64,000 nucleotides of DNA from Eledone cirrhosa (Eukaryota): contig OZ024741.1 in NCBI GenBank assembly GCA_964016885.1, forward strand, positions 930,001-994,000. Reading direction: 5' to 3'. The notes under the pieces were generated by a model. The model did no database searches, was not told the origin of the DNA, and saw only the letters and a list, made by a program, of their open reading frames with translations. The position numbers were made by a program, and so were the translations under genes. This document shows, in pieces, positions 47,812-59,430 of this stretch (within the stretch, counting starts at the first letter, position 1; every line of letters starts with the position of its first letter).

Positions 47812-49313
47812 TTAGCTGTATACTTTATGGAATGTTCTATGGGATTTATGCAAGCAGAGCGAAAATAAATCCGTGCGTCTATTTATTATAGAATTGAAAT
47901 TAGATATAATGGTAAATTACTCAGCTCGGCAGAGATTACATGTTCTGGATAGGGAAGAATTTAGGTAGGGAAAGGCGGTGCATACCTTCCCCCAAGAGAT
48001 GTTATAGTTAATATTTTCGTCTTTTAAGGACCATATGAGTTCCGAGAGTGTCGTGTTAGTTCTTTTAAGTTGGTATTTAAAAGATGATTTGTGATTATAA
48101 AATCTAGCTTTGAAGGAAGTGGAAGTGGAACCGAAATAGGTAAAAGAATTGGTATCAGTTATAACCTTACATTCATACACTAAGTTTTTATCAAGACATT
48201 GGTTATTAAGAGGACATTTATTTCTAACAGGGCAATTACAATTACGATTAGAGAAATTATTAACAAGTGACCTAGTATTATTTGTAGAAGGAATTGGATT
48301 GGAGAAGTTATTTACGATAGGAACTATAGTTTCCTGATGTAGATTGGTATTATGAACATTCAACGAAGTTACGTTTGACGTCGTATTTAAATTTATACAG
48401 AATCTAGCCTAGTGTTAACTATGATGTCGGGATTACTGTTGCTATTATTATTATTATGACGCTCAGTGTTGGAAGGATGTAATTTATTATTTAATATTTT
48501 ATTGTTGTGTTTAGAGATAATGTTAGAGATGTTGGAAGTGGTGGAATAAGAAAATTTAATTGTATGTTTGTTAAAGATTTTACTATAGATATGTGAGGGA
48601 GGGAAGCATTTATCTAAGGCCCTAAAGAATAGTTTAGGAATATTATTATTAATAGTTAGAGAAAAAGGAGCATTGAACCAAATTATATTTTTGTATCTAG
48701 GTCTTTTATTTAAGTTATTGGAATGTTCATAATTAACTATTTTACTATAAGACCTTCGATGATTGGTTTCATTACTGTATTTAATTTTATCAGGATAACC
48801 GGCTTTGGAAAGCGCATTATTATAGTAATTGGCATTAGCATCGAAGATATCTTTATTACAGGATAGATTTGAGATTCTTTTTTCAATATTACTGACTATA
48901 GTATTTTTAACGTTAGTGGGGTGGTTAGATTTAAAATTAACATAATTTAGATTCTCATTGTTTTTATGGTAAGGGTAATATAGGCCAGTGTCAAGATTAA
49001 GGGATATATCCAGGAAGTTAGCTAGTTTGACGTTGTTATCAAATTCGATTTTAAGGTTATGGTGCTTAAATAGATCACGTATATGGTTCTTAATAATATT
49101 AAGGCTAACTGAGTTGCAGTTTAAGACAGTAAAAAGGCCATCGTCACGATAAATTCCACCGCGAAGTTGAGGAATTTTCCGATTTAAAGAATTCAAAATA
49201 AAGATACCAATCAAATCAGTCAATTGCGATGAATCGGAAGCACCCATTGTGATATCATAACGAAGGAAATGTGGTAAGGAACCAGATGGACCATAACGCA
49301 CCAAAGTACTCAA
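47812..49313 (-). pseudogene. PLE reverse transcriptase (C-terminal half and thumb) plus GIY-YIG endonuclease, disrupted
   Basis: Motifs YDITMG, GIYRDDGL, NFLDISLNL, SNHP, IIWFNAPFS, KFSYS. Then CNC..CPL..C, LVY..YFGST..FKARFYNH, TTLS..IWSLK, CNLC, and INRRTDLFSLCLH after a TAA at 47917-47919. Frameshift near 48395. Confidence 0.9.
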
Positions 49314-50583
49314 TACTTAAGGTAGTAGAGTGGGTAATAGGAACAAGTATGACCCCGACGGCAGAGCTCAAGCCATTTCGACGGCTAATTCTGGACTAAA
49401 TAAGAATTTTTAGCCTGGTAAATAAATAGCCGAACTTCTCAGGGGGTAATTCCATATATGGGAAGATGGTAATTGTCAAAAGGATTGGTAAAAAATTTGT
49501 TGTAAAGACAGTTGATTCTATCGTGGCATTTAGTGGAAGGTAGGGGTAGCTGAACTAGCCGGTAGAACAAAGGGGGAGTGGCGGAAGCCCAGTAAAGCGT
49601 TGAAAGTGAAATCTATACAGCAGATTCTAAGGATAGTGTATAGAAGGTCGAAAAAAGTGTACTGGAGAAGGGAGGGGGTGGGGTGAAAAAGTAGGTAAAT
49701 CGAAAGGGAGTAAACAAACAAGCCATTATAAAGATGAGGAGATAAATATATAAAAAAACAAATATATAAAAAAACAACAATTTCTGGTTACTATTCCATC
49801 CCCACAATCCCCAAATCTCTCTATGGTATTGTTAAGCTATAGAAAAGTTTAATAGGTGGAGAAAAATGCTAAATACGGGATTGTAGTGAAAGCACTTTAT
49901 AAAGCCATCTTTACAGGGGGTTTGACACCACTGCAATAGTTAGTAGTAATCAGCCAATGCTATCTTACAATGACAGGTTAATAAGTTGAGGACAAACATA
50001 TTAAAATACTAATACGAAATATTAATTCAGAATGCTAATACATACTAATACTAATACAAGAATACCAATGCAGAAATACCACTAAGAAATTTAGAAATCA
50101 CAGAAATGGAGCAGCAACAGAAAGAAGGCAATTATCTGGGGTCTAAAACATCTGCTATAAAAAGCTTAATTGGCCAATTCTCTCTTAAAATTAGGGGGGG
50201 GGGGGTGCTGAGGCTACAGAGGACCGATGGGCTGCATCAAGGTGGGCGAAAAGTTAAAAAAAAAAAGACGAAAAGGAAGGAGATCTGGGGTGGAAGGACT
50301 AGGAAGAGATGGGGGGAAGAAGGAACTATAGAGGAAAAGATAAAAAAATATAAAAAAGTTACGTCTACCTTTGTAAGCAGGGGTTACTCCTTACAAAGTC
50401 GGCAAGTGGGGTGTTTCAGCCCTTGTCTAACTCCCCCCGGTCATTATGGGGTTTGAGGGCGAGGTAAGTACTACGCAATCTGTGTTTGCATGCAGTTACC
50501 AGTTCGTATTTCTTGTTTAGGAGTTGGTCCTTCGAAAACAGTATTTGTAATGTTTCCTCCGAGCATAAGTTACACGGAGGGCG

Positions 50584-50697
50584 TCAACAACAACACCACA
50601 ACAACATCAACACCACCATCACTACAACACCACAACCACCACCACAACAACATGACCACCACCACCACAACAACACCACAACCATCAACAACAGAAA
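50584..50697. repeat. Imperfect (CAA/CAC)n trinucleotide repeat
   Basis: Direct reading. Confidence 0.9.
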
Positions 50698-50864
50698 CTA
50701 ATGAATTTTATTGTTGATTTTTTTTTGTTTGCCATAAAAAAAGAGACGTCTGTGGTGACCTTTATAGAAAATAGCCATTAAGGTAACCTGAAGTGGCTGG
50801 ACTACTGGAAGGGAGGAGAGGGTCATTGGCTTTGTCATCATAAATCACAATATCTTGATTGACT

Positions 50865-50895
<31 letters not shown>

Positions 50896-50898
<3 letters not shown>

Positions 50899-51016
50899 TG
50901 TTATACTTGGGGAGGGTCATATTGTTATAACATTGCCAGAAATAACAGAACACACTCCCCAAGTATAACAATATTTGTTTCGACACACGATTTCATTTCA
51001 AAAACCTTGCAAAACA

Positions 51017-51020
<4 letters not shown>
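50896..51020. mobile_element. Tiny foldback of two opposed copies of a shared PLE terminal motif between (TA)n tracts
   Basis: TATTGTTATACTTGGGGAG ... CTCCCCAAGTATAACAATA. Continuations match 44995-45090 and 58420-58474. Confidence 0.75.
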
Positions 51021-51238
<218 letters not shown>

Positions 51239-51568
51239 AATTCAGCGAGAATCGTATTTCGGCGGGTAGAAATAAACGAAAGGCAATTTCCGATTTGTGT
51301 TGGCAAGCGCCCCATGGACCAAAAGAGATCAGAGCAATAAACATATGTTATAAAGGCCATACAAACTGAGACGGCAGTTAAGAAGTTATCAACCACCTAA
51401 CCCCCCAAAAAACAAAAAAAAAAACGAAGCAAGCTAAAGGGGTTATATATATAATAGTTGAGAGAGTAAACAAAAAAAACAAAAAAACAACGTGGAATCG
51501 AGGCAGTACAAAATGTTAATATTAGTTTCACGCATGAGAGTGAGGGGTGGGGGGACGTCGTTTCGGGC

Positions 51569-51623
<55 letters not shown>

Positions 51624-51816
51624 CGTGTCTGAATTTGTTTAGCAAGATTCTTTATATGAAAACGTGTGTTGAAACCGATATTGTTATACTTTGGGAGGGT
51701 CATGTTGCCAATAAGAAACACACGCACCATTTGTTCACTCCAATTTATTATAAATTTAAACAAATTTATGAATTTCTGGTTTGTTGGTTCCACAACCGGA
51801 CGGTTGTTCATATATT

Positions 51817-51859
51817 GTCCAAGTTCTTTCGTCACACATTCTGTGACCTCATCAGTGAC
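51817..51859 (-). ncRNA. Minimal type I hammerhead in the inverted pLTR
   Basis: Minus strand GTCA-CTGATGA-G-GTCACA(GAATG)TGTGAC-GAAA-GAAC-TT-GGAC. Canonical core; first stem I pair mismatched. Confidence 0.75.
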
Positions 51860-52049
51860 CGGGGACTCTTTTCTTTGTTTTGTGTCTCTCCTTTGTTCTG
51901 TTCCACGCCATCTTGTTTTTGTGTGTGTTGTGTGCTTAGTTTGCGCATGTGTTACATCCGAGTGTCCGTGTGTGTTTTTATATGTTTATTTATTTATTTA
52001 TTTATTTATTTATATACGGACTGCCAACAACTTCCAGGCCTGGAACAAT

Positions 52050-53939
52050 GACGTGCCAGCGTTGTATGGGCTTCGAAAAGACCATCAGACGAACAGTGAC
52101 CCAGTCACAGGACCACTAACACGGCCAGTCTGTGGACCTAACATTGCTAGCAACTACAGAATTTCCTACTTCCTCTCCCTGATCATACGCCCCATCATTG
52201 AAATGTCCCCGGATATATTTGACAGCACGGAGGGCCTCCTCAACAGAATCAGCGAAAATAACCTGTCTAAGGACCTTACAGCCTGTATAATAGGTAGTAT
52301 GGATGTAGTGTCCCTATACCCATCCATTGACGTAGATTTTACTGTGGAGAAATGCGTGAAAATGATCAGTGAGAGCAATGTTGAATTCCGTGGGATTGAT
52401 ACCAGTGAGCTGGGACGCCTACTTAAACTTACATATAATAATGATTATCTAGATACGTATAACCTTAGCAACCTCTGCCCCACAAGGCCAGCAAGAGGCA
52501 GATCACCTACCATTACCTTAATGGCCAAGAAAACCCACACAGAAAGATGGAACGGGTGGACCACGTCCATACGGATCCCCGAAAACCACGGTGAACTAAA
52601 AAAATGATTGCACATGCGGTGGGGGCCAGTATAAAACTAACCCTTAAGGAACATATGTTCAAATTTAATGGGAAAACATATGCCCAAGAGGAGGGAGCAG
52701 CCATTGGTGTTAGCATTGCGGGTGACATAGCTAACCTATTCATGGTATGGTGGGACAATAAACTTAAAAAACAATTAGAAGACAGCAACCTCTTAACCCT
52801 GATAATGTACTCCCGCTACGTTGATGATATAAACATGGTAGTAAAAAGACCCCCACTAGAGAACAGTCAGGAATTAGAGAAAAGCAGCATGGAAAGTATC
52901 CAGCAAATAGCTAAATCCACCCACCAGAGTATTAGAGTTACTATAGACTACCCAATCAAACACCCCAACCATTGATTACCTGTACTAGACACAGAGCTCT
53001 GGTTAGAAACATAAAACAAATCCTCCATTCCCATTATGCCAAACCCATGACTTCCAAATAACTGATCCACCGAAACTCAGCTGTTTCGGATCACACCAAA
53101 ATCAACATACTGATTGCGGATTTAGTACGGGTGATGAGGAATGTGTCCCGCATGTGCAACCCCAAATAACTAGAGAGACACATACAACACCTCATATCCA
53201 CCGTATGCCGTTCTCTGGTTACAATGAGAGAGATAAAATCAGAGTATATAGAGGAGCCAGAACCAAATGGGAAAAAATGGTAAATAATGATACAAATGGG
53301 ACCTGCCCCTTGTATAGGAGCACATTTTGGAATAGAATAGAAAGAACTAGGAATAAGGTTAACAGAATAAACTCATGGTATGATAGCAATAAATACCAGA
53401 GTGTAATATTCATCAATACAACCCATAGAGGTGAACTAGCTTACAAATTTAGAAGGGTCCTAGATAAACTTAAACTAAATATTAAGATAGTGGAAAGAGC
53501 AGGTACCTCGATAAAAACACTTATTAGTAATACATACCCTTTTCAAAGACCTCCCTGTATAGATAAGAAATGCATAATCTGTAAACTAAGCTCCCATATT
53601 AACTGCAAAACTAGAAACATAGTATAAAGCATAAGGTGTACTGAGGGGCAATGTAAAGATAAGAATATAATGTACATAGGAGAGACAGCTTGTAGTATAG
53701 GAAAACGAGTAAATGAACACTGGCGAGAGCTTCAAGATAGAAAAGACTCATCAGTACTCCACCAACAAGCTAAAATAGAACATAAGGGCAAATTAGAGAA
53801 CATAGAAATAAAAATAAAATCTACACACAGAAAACACGCAATGTTTAGACAAATCACAGAGGCAATAAACATAAATGAACTCCAACCAAAATTAAATAGA
53901 AAACATGAATCGAATAGCAACATCACAACTTACAATTAA
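52050..53939 (+). pseudogene. PLE reverse transcriptase plus GIY-YIG endonuclease, several frameshifts and stops
   Basis: PALYGLRKDH, RPV, GSMDVVSLYPSID, YAQEEGAAIG, RYVDDI, LPVLD, Cys cluster C....C..C...CK..NIV, YIGET..SI..R..EH, RQITEA..I....P.LN. Breaks at ~52605, 52973, ~53012, ~53155 and 53625. Confidence 0.93.
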
Positions 53940-54134
53940 GGACAAAATGAAAACACACACACATAGAACAAACAACCAACTAGTAACATGTAAATAAACA
54001 AATAAATAAACAAATAAAAACACACACAGACACCCGGATGTAATACATGCGCAAACTAAGCACACAACACACACAAAAACAAGTTGGCGTAGGACAGAAC
54101 AAAGGAGAGGCACAAAACAAAGAAAAGAATCCCA

Positions 54135-54177
54135 GTCACTGAAGTGGTCACAGAATGTGTGACGAAAGAATTTTGAC
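54135..54177 (+). ncRNA. Minimal type I hammerhead in the 3' pLTR (A9 mutated)
   Basis: GTCA-CTGAAGT-G-GTCACA(GAATG)TGTGAC-GAAA-GAAT-TT-TGAC. Stem I intact. Confidence 0.65.
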
Positions 54178-54261
54178 AATATATGAACAACCGTCCGGTT
54201 GTGGAACCAACCAACGGAAATTTATAATTTTATTTATAATAAATTGGAGTGAAGCAACTGG

Positions 54262-54298
54262 TGTGTGTTTCTTATTGGCAACATGACCCTCCCAAAGT

Positions 54299-54362
<64 letters not shown>

Positions 54363-54399
54363 ACTTTGGGAGGGTCATGTTGCCAATAAGAAATACACA
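54262..54399. repeat. Near-perfect ~138-bp palindrome centred on (AT)n
   Basis: TTTCTTATTGGCAACATGACCCTCCCAAAGTATAC-(AT)n-GTATACTTTGGGAGGGTCATGTTGCCAATAAGAAA. Confidence 0.95.
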
Positions 54400-54906
54400 G
54401 ACCCTTTGGATAGCGTAGACGCCGGACCATACCCACAAATATATACAGACCTGCCTTGGTATATGCATGGCTGACGCAATATGGATAACACGACCAACAT
54501 CTAAGCTGGAACCGACCCCTACAACAAACAAAGAGGGGACAGGCCTTCGCATTTGATCAGTCGCGTGTGTGCTTGGAGTTCATAGTATACCACCCCAGTC
54601 AAACCCACACTGTTTTTTTTACCAATATAGCATGTAAACCAATACATCCTATGCAGCGAGACCTTGAATTTAGAACCGGCAGCGTGCAATCCCCGAAACT
54701 AAAAGATCGAACAGACCACACCCAGCAACCACTAGCTATTTGATCCACAGGTACATTTCCCAGAGAGTCCACGCAGCTGATAGTGAATCCCAGTTGATTC
54801 GTGAACTCTGAACTTTTAAACAAGACCAAATGTGCCTGGAGCTTTGCAGATGACTACATACGCATAATGGATATCGCGCCCACAAGGTCACCTGTATTGT
54901 TTATCC

Positions 54907-55160
54907 TGCTGTATGTGTGTAAAGTATCAGTGCGTGGGATATCCCTGAGTACATTTTCTTGACTATCAATTGTTAATTGATTGTTTGTTAATTACGCAGG
55001 GATATACCATTATGTCTTTGTTAATCATATGTGATGCTGTATGTGTGTAAAGTATCCGAGAGCGGCATATCCCTGAGCTAATTTTGCTTGACCGTTAACT
55101 GTTTATTGATTTTTTGTTAATTAGGCAGGAATATATTATTATGTCTATGTTAATCCTATA
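54907..55160. repeat. Diverged tandem duplication, 128-bp unit, two copies
   Basis: TGCTGTATGTGTGTAAAGTATC at 54907 and 55035. Each unit has an internal ATATCCCTG...CAGG(G/A)ATAT inverted repeat. Confidence 0.85.
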
Positions 55161-56261
55161 TCAATAATTTTATAGTAATTTTTTAATCCTGTATCAATAG
55201 TTTTGTGATAATTTTGTAATATTTTATAATAATTTTATAATAATTTTGTGATAATTTTATAATAATTTTTTGATAGTACATTATTAGATTACTGAAGCGA
55301 CCTTATACCTTCTTAAAAATACATTTTATAATTATTGTTTTTTAAAAATACATTTTATAATTATTGTCTTTTTGCTTATGTATTTTCTTACTTATAATTT
55401 TCTTTAATCTTGCCCAACTTGATAAGCTCTTTGAATTGCTCCCTAATTAAATTACTTAAATTACTTAAATTATTTTATCTATTATACCTAAGTTGTATCT
55501 GTTGAAGCAGCCCTTTGAAAATTCCTCGGATTTCCCAAATACCGTAATTTTTAACTTTTAATTTATAATTTTCCTCAATTCGTTTATATATATCCTTAAA
55601 GGCTCTTTAAAATTTTAATTCTTCGAAGGGTCTCTCGGAGGAGGTTCCTATTAAAAATATTAAAGGGGCCTTTTCTGAGGGGTTTATTGAAGGCTTTTTG
55701 AATTAACCTTTAATTGATTAGTTTCTTTCAACTTAGTAGAGATTATCAAAACTTCGTAAATTTTCTGAAATTTTTTAACGAGATCTCTGGGGAAGAAAGT
55801 TTTTTTTCTTTCGAAAGAAATTTTTTTCTCTCGAGGGAACTTCTTGGGAAACTTTATATTTTTTTAGGGAAACTTTATATCTTTATTTTTTTATTTTATT
55901 TTATTTTATTTTATTTTATTTTATTTTATTAGTCTCTTAATCTCTTCTAGTTTGTTAAGTTTATTGGGGCTTGTAAGCTTTATGCACTTATTGAGGATTT
56001 TTTAAGGTGCTTCTACGAGATCCCAAGTCTTTTACTTTAACTGCGTAAATTATAAATTATCTAATTTTTAACCTTCAATCCCTGACTCTCAGGCCATTTT
56101 CAAATTCTCTTAACTCCCCATAACCCATCCCTTTTACAATTCCGATAAACTAATATAAAAGAGCCCCCTTAGAATATAGACCCCAAATATACAAGCGGAG
56201 CTGCTGATGTATACCACAATTTCAAGCTGCTAGTCTTAAGTGATACGTTGATGTAAATAAT

Positions 56262-56448
56262 TGTTTCTACTTTAGGCACAAGGCCAGCAATTACCCAGTG
56301 CATTACTGGTACTTTATTTTATCGACCCTGTAAGGATGAAAGGCAAAGTCAACCTCGGCGGGATTTGAACTCAGATCATAAAGGGACGTAACTATGCAGG
56401 AAAGCATGGCGTCCGACCCTCTACCGATACTGCCAATCCACCGCCCTT
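56262..56448 (-). mobile_element. Full-length tRNA-derived SINE with 18-bp TSD
   Basis: TACGTTGATGTAAATAAT at 56244-56261 and 56449-56466. A-box-like and B-box (GAGTTCAAATCCC) motifs on the minus strand. Confidence 0.95.
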
Positions 56449-56482
56449 TACGTTGATGTAAATAATGAACTTTCAATCACAT

Positions 56483-56541
56483 GTTATATGCCTTGAAAAG
56501 TCCCACCATATGGTCGGACGAAACGGCTGTCGGCAATAAAC
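56483..56541 (+). ncRNA. Type I hammerhead with U3-A8 core variant
   Basis: TGCC-TTGAAAA-GTCC(CACCATATGGTC)GGAC-GAAA-CGGCTG-TC-GGCA. GUC triplet (C at 56531). Confidence 0.8.
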
Positions 56542-56688
56542 TTGTTATAATGTCATAATAGTTCCTTTGTTCTTTTTCATTAATATTTCTGCTCTGCTTA
56601 TACGCATAGAGCTTAACTAGCTACCGTCGCATATTTGGTAGGTCAGACGTGATCATCGCGATTCACATACGACCTACCATACATCTTG

Positions 56689-56690
<2 letters not shown>

Positions 56691-56776
<86 letters not shown>
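56691..56776. repeat. (TA)n microsatellite
   Basis: TA run. Confidence 0.97.
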
Positions 56777-56928
56777 GAGTGTTGTCTATCACGCTATGTT
56801 TACTTCCTGCTTCTACTAAGGGCTGGTTCATGCATAGGTCAAGTTTACGGCCTCATTCGATCCTGTGATATCTGGGAGGTGGCAATATATTTTGCCGTTC
56901 TTGGGACTTCTGTCCCAGGAAATGAAAA

Positions 56929-57010
56929 TGCTCTCCGATGATCCGAACATTTCCATTGGAGATCCCTAGGATCTCCAATGTTTTGTAAGGTGAAACCGTC
57001 GGTAAAAGCA
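56929..57010 (+). ncRNA. Hammerhead-like motif (CCGATGA core, long stem II)
   Basis: CCGATGA at 56935, perfect 12-bp hairpin CATTGGAGATCC(CTA)GGATCTCCAATG, then GAAA-CCG-TC. Stem I is weak. Confidence 0.5.
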
Positions 57011-57116
57011 AATGGATTAGGTAAATATTTAAATTATATTTTTTAATTTATTTTAAGAAATTGTTTGAATTTTACTTCGCTTATCTCAATTTTATAGTTC
57101 TGGTATGTCAAATTAA

Positions 57117-57254
57117 TACACCCACTTACATCTCTCTCTCCACCACCGGATCTTGTTACCCGGAGATTTACCCATTTGCATTATCGAGGCTTCCAAACGA
57201 CTTAAAGATATTTACTTTTATTTCACAATGCTTCAAGAAAACTTCAATACTCTC

Positions 57255-57348
<94 letters not shown>

Positions 57349-57712
57349 AGATTAATATCCCCACAGGTACTAAGTACCCCTGGAAATATATAGGGTGTCT
57401 ATGATACAGCGGAGGACGCGTTTCGCACCTGTCCGACAGACAACCTTTCCCCCACCCCGGAAAAAACCCCAGTTGATGGATGTGAATCCGAAATATATAG
57501 GGACTATTAAATCTCTCCCAAGGTAACTCTCTCTCGTGTTGTTATTTTTATTTTATCCTTTATACTCTTTCCTTCATTCTTCTACACATCTCATACACAC
57601 CACGCATCTCAACCTACACCCACTTACATCTCTCTCTCCACCACCGGATCTTGTTACCCGGAGATTTGCCCATTTGCATTGTCGAGGCTTCCAAACGACT
57701 TAAAGATATTTA
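57117..57712 (+). mobile_element. Two partial tandem pLTR copies of the PLE family at 43878-44770, each ending in (TA)n
   Basis: 57117-57256 and 57415-57712 are reverse-complement matches to 43880-44226. HHR-like motif at 57467-57502. Confidence 0.88.
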
Positions 57713-58010
57713 CATATATATATATATATATATATAACCAATCAAATTACGTTTATTAAAAAAAAAGCCATTCCTGAGCCCCCCCCCCCCCCCCACTTTT
57801 TTTTTAAAGTGAAAAGAAATTCAAACACTCATATATGAAAAAACAACCTGTGACACCCACCCTTGTTTAAAGAACTTTGTAACGCGAACTGGCGCGAAAT
57901 TTATTATAATTATTGACCAACCAATCAAATTACTTCTCGAAAAACCTGGCATTTCGAGCCACTTTTTCTACATAAAACAAGTAACTTTCAGAGACCAACC
58001 AGATGTGAGA

Positions 58011-58060
58011 AAAACCACAGACCCTCCATCTCAACTCTACTTTTGAAAAGCAGAAGAACT
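58011..58060 (+). repeat. Fragment of the family that forms the interior of the 45529-46037 unit
   Basis: AAACCACAGACCCTCCATCTCAACTCTACTTTTGAAAAGCAGAAGAACTGC is the reverse complement of ~45779-45829 with one difference. Confidence 0.85.
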
Positions 58061-58212
58061 GCGAAACCGGTAAAGGAACCAAATAAATATATATATTTTT
58101 TAAAAAATAAGACTCCATTTGCATTTTCGATTTCATCTTTTTTTCTTTATACTTTCACTCTTGTAGGACACTTCGGTTATTTTTCATTTTGTTAAAAAAA
58201 CCTCACTTTCTA

Positions 58213-58298
<86 letters not shown>

Positions 58299-58469
58299 AT
58301 AATAATAAATTTAAAGACTAAAATCCAAAGAGGGATCGATAAGGATAAATATATATCAAATATATAAGAACCGTAGAGCAACCTGTTATTTTAATAAATA
58401 TACCAACGAAACAGTGACTGTGTTCTGTTATTAATTCTGGCAATATTACACAAATATGACCCTCCCCAA

Positions 58470-58521
<52 letters not shown>

Positions 58522-59175
58522 TAAAGTCCGTTAAAGGTTCTTGACACTACCATTGTTACCATCGCTTTCCTCTAGCCATGGGGCTTGGAGACATGAACCG
58601 AATTCTACCATTCTATTTTATATCAATGTGAACTGCTATTTCTAATAGCCATCTTTTCACCCCTTGATAATTTGTGTGTGAGACACGTTGGCTGAGGGCT
58701 TCTGATAGGAACTAAAAGATTGATTCTTTTTAGCTTCCCGTCCCCACGTAAAATTTATAAATCAGTGGCTAGTTGAGAGATAGAGTTCTATCGGTTGCCA
58801 GTTGCTAATCGCTTTACCGTGTCGGTTGTCACAAACAGTCATGACCGGCATGAGGCGGTGTTTGGATTCTGTCGATCGATTGGTTATTGATTAGGCGATA
58901 CCCGCTGATGAAGCTGCATAAGCCGATTGTGCATTGTTGCATAATATATGCAGACAGATGGTGCAGTGCACCTTACTGGTGCATTAGTGCAGCAGAAACT
59001 CGAGTCCGGAAACCTTATAGGCACCCGTTTTACGTGTGTTGTGTTGAGGCAAATAACTATGTGTATACTCTGGTAATGTATCTTACATTGCCCATTGAGT
59101 GCACTGAGATACAACTGGTACTGGCATTGATAAATATGCTGGGTCCGTCAACCCTTATTATTATATATATATATG

Positions 59176-59430
59176 CAGTGTGCCTCCGGCATTCGCAGTC
59201 CCGACATTCGCGGTCCCGGTTATTCACGGAATTTTCCTTAGAACCTAACTAATAATTGTTCGTGGAAACCACCGCATATTCGCGGAATCCTAAATATCTT
59301 CCACGATTTTTTAATGGCTTTTTTCGTGGCAATATATATATTTTTAATGCTAAATTATTAATAATAATAGACAGTATTTGCCGGCCTATTGGACGCCCCT
59401 TTGCTTAAGACGCTCCCCCCCTTTTTAAAG
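59176..59430 (+). mobile_element. Probable Tc1/mariner-pogo (Tigger-like) terminal fragments
   Basis: After a TA tract, CAGTGTGCCTCC with repeated ATTCGC(G/A)G subterminal motifs. Second candidate end CAGTATTTGCCGGCCTATTGGACGC at ~59372. No partner TIR found. Confidence 0.4.

Larger units (their letters stand above)
46628..49313 (-). mobile_element. Penelope-like element, Naiad/Chlamys-like, RT truncated at its 5' end, with a long pyrimidine-rich 3' region
   Basis: RT/EN pseudo-ORF at 49313-47812, then ~1.2 kb non-coding sequence with an HHR-like motif, then (TA)n. The 5' boundary is uncertain and may extend toward ~50460. Confidence 0.8.
51622..54301 (+). mobile_element. Penelope-like element with inverted 5' pLTR, flanked by (TA)n on both sides
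   Basis: Inverted repeats at ~51685-52010 and ~53991-54301 (~310-325 bp) flank an RT + GIY-YIG pseudo-ORF. The left copy has an extra ~60-bp tail. An HHR lies in both arms. Confidence 0.92.

Noticed and set aside
51554-51570. GAAACGACGTC 3' half of a hammerhead on the minus strand
   Set aside because: The 5' core is missing because the sequence is cut off by (TA)n, so it cannot be called.
51640-51685. ATGA..AAC(GTGT)GTT-GAAA..TA motif in the shared tail
   Set aside because: There is no CUGA core in any copy and it lies antisense to the element; the resemblance may be chance.
55935-56122. Possible relic GIY-YIG C-terminus (NYLIFNLQSL..LN) upstream of the 56483 ribozyme
   Set aside because: The similarity is too short and degraded to support without a profile search.
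58900-58945. CTGATGA followed by a small hairpin
   Set aside because: It has GATT in place of GAAA and no stem I, so it is not a convincing hammerhead.
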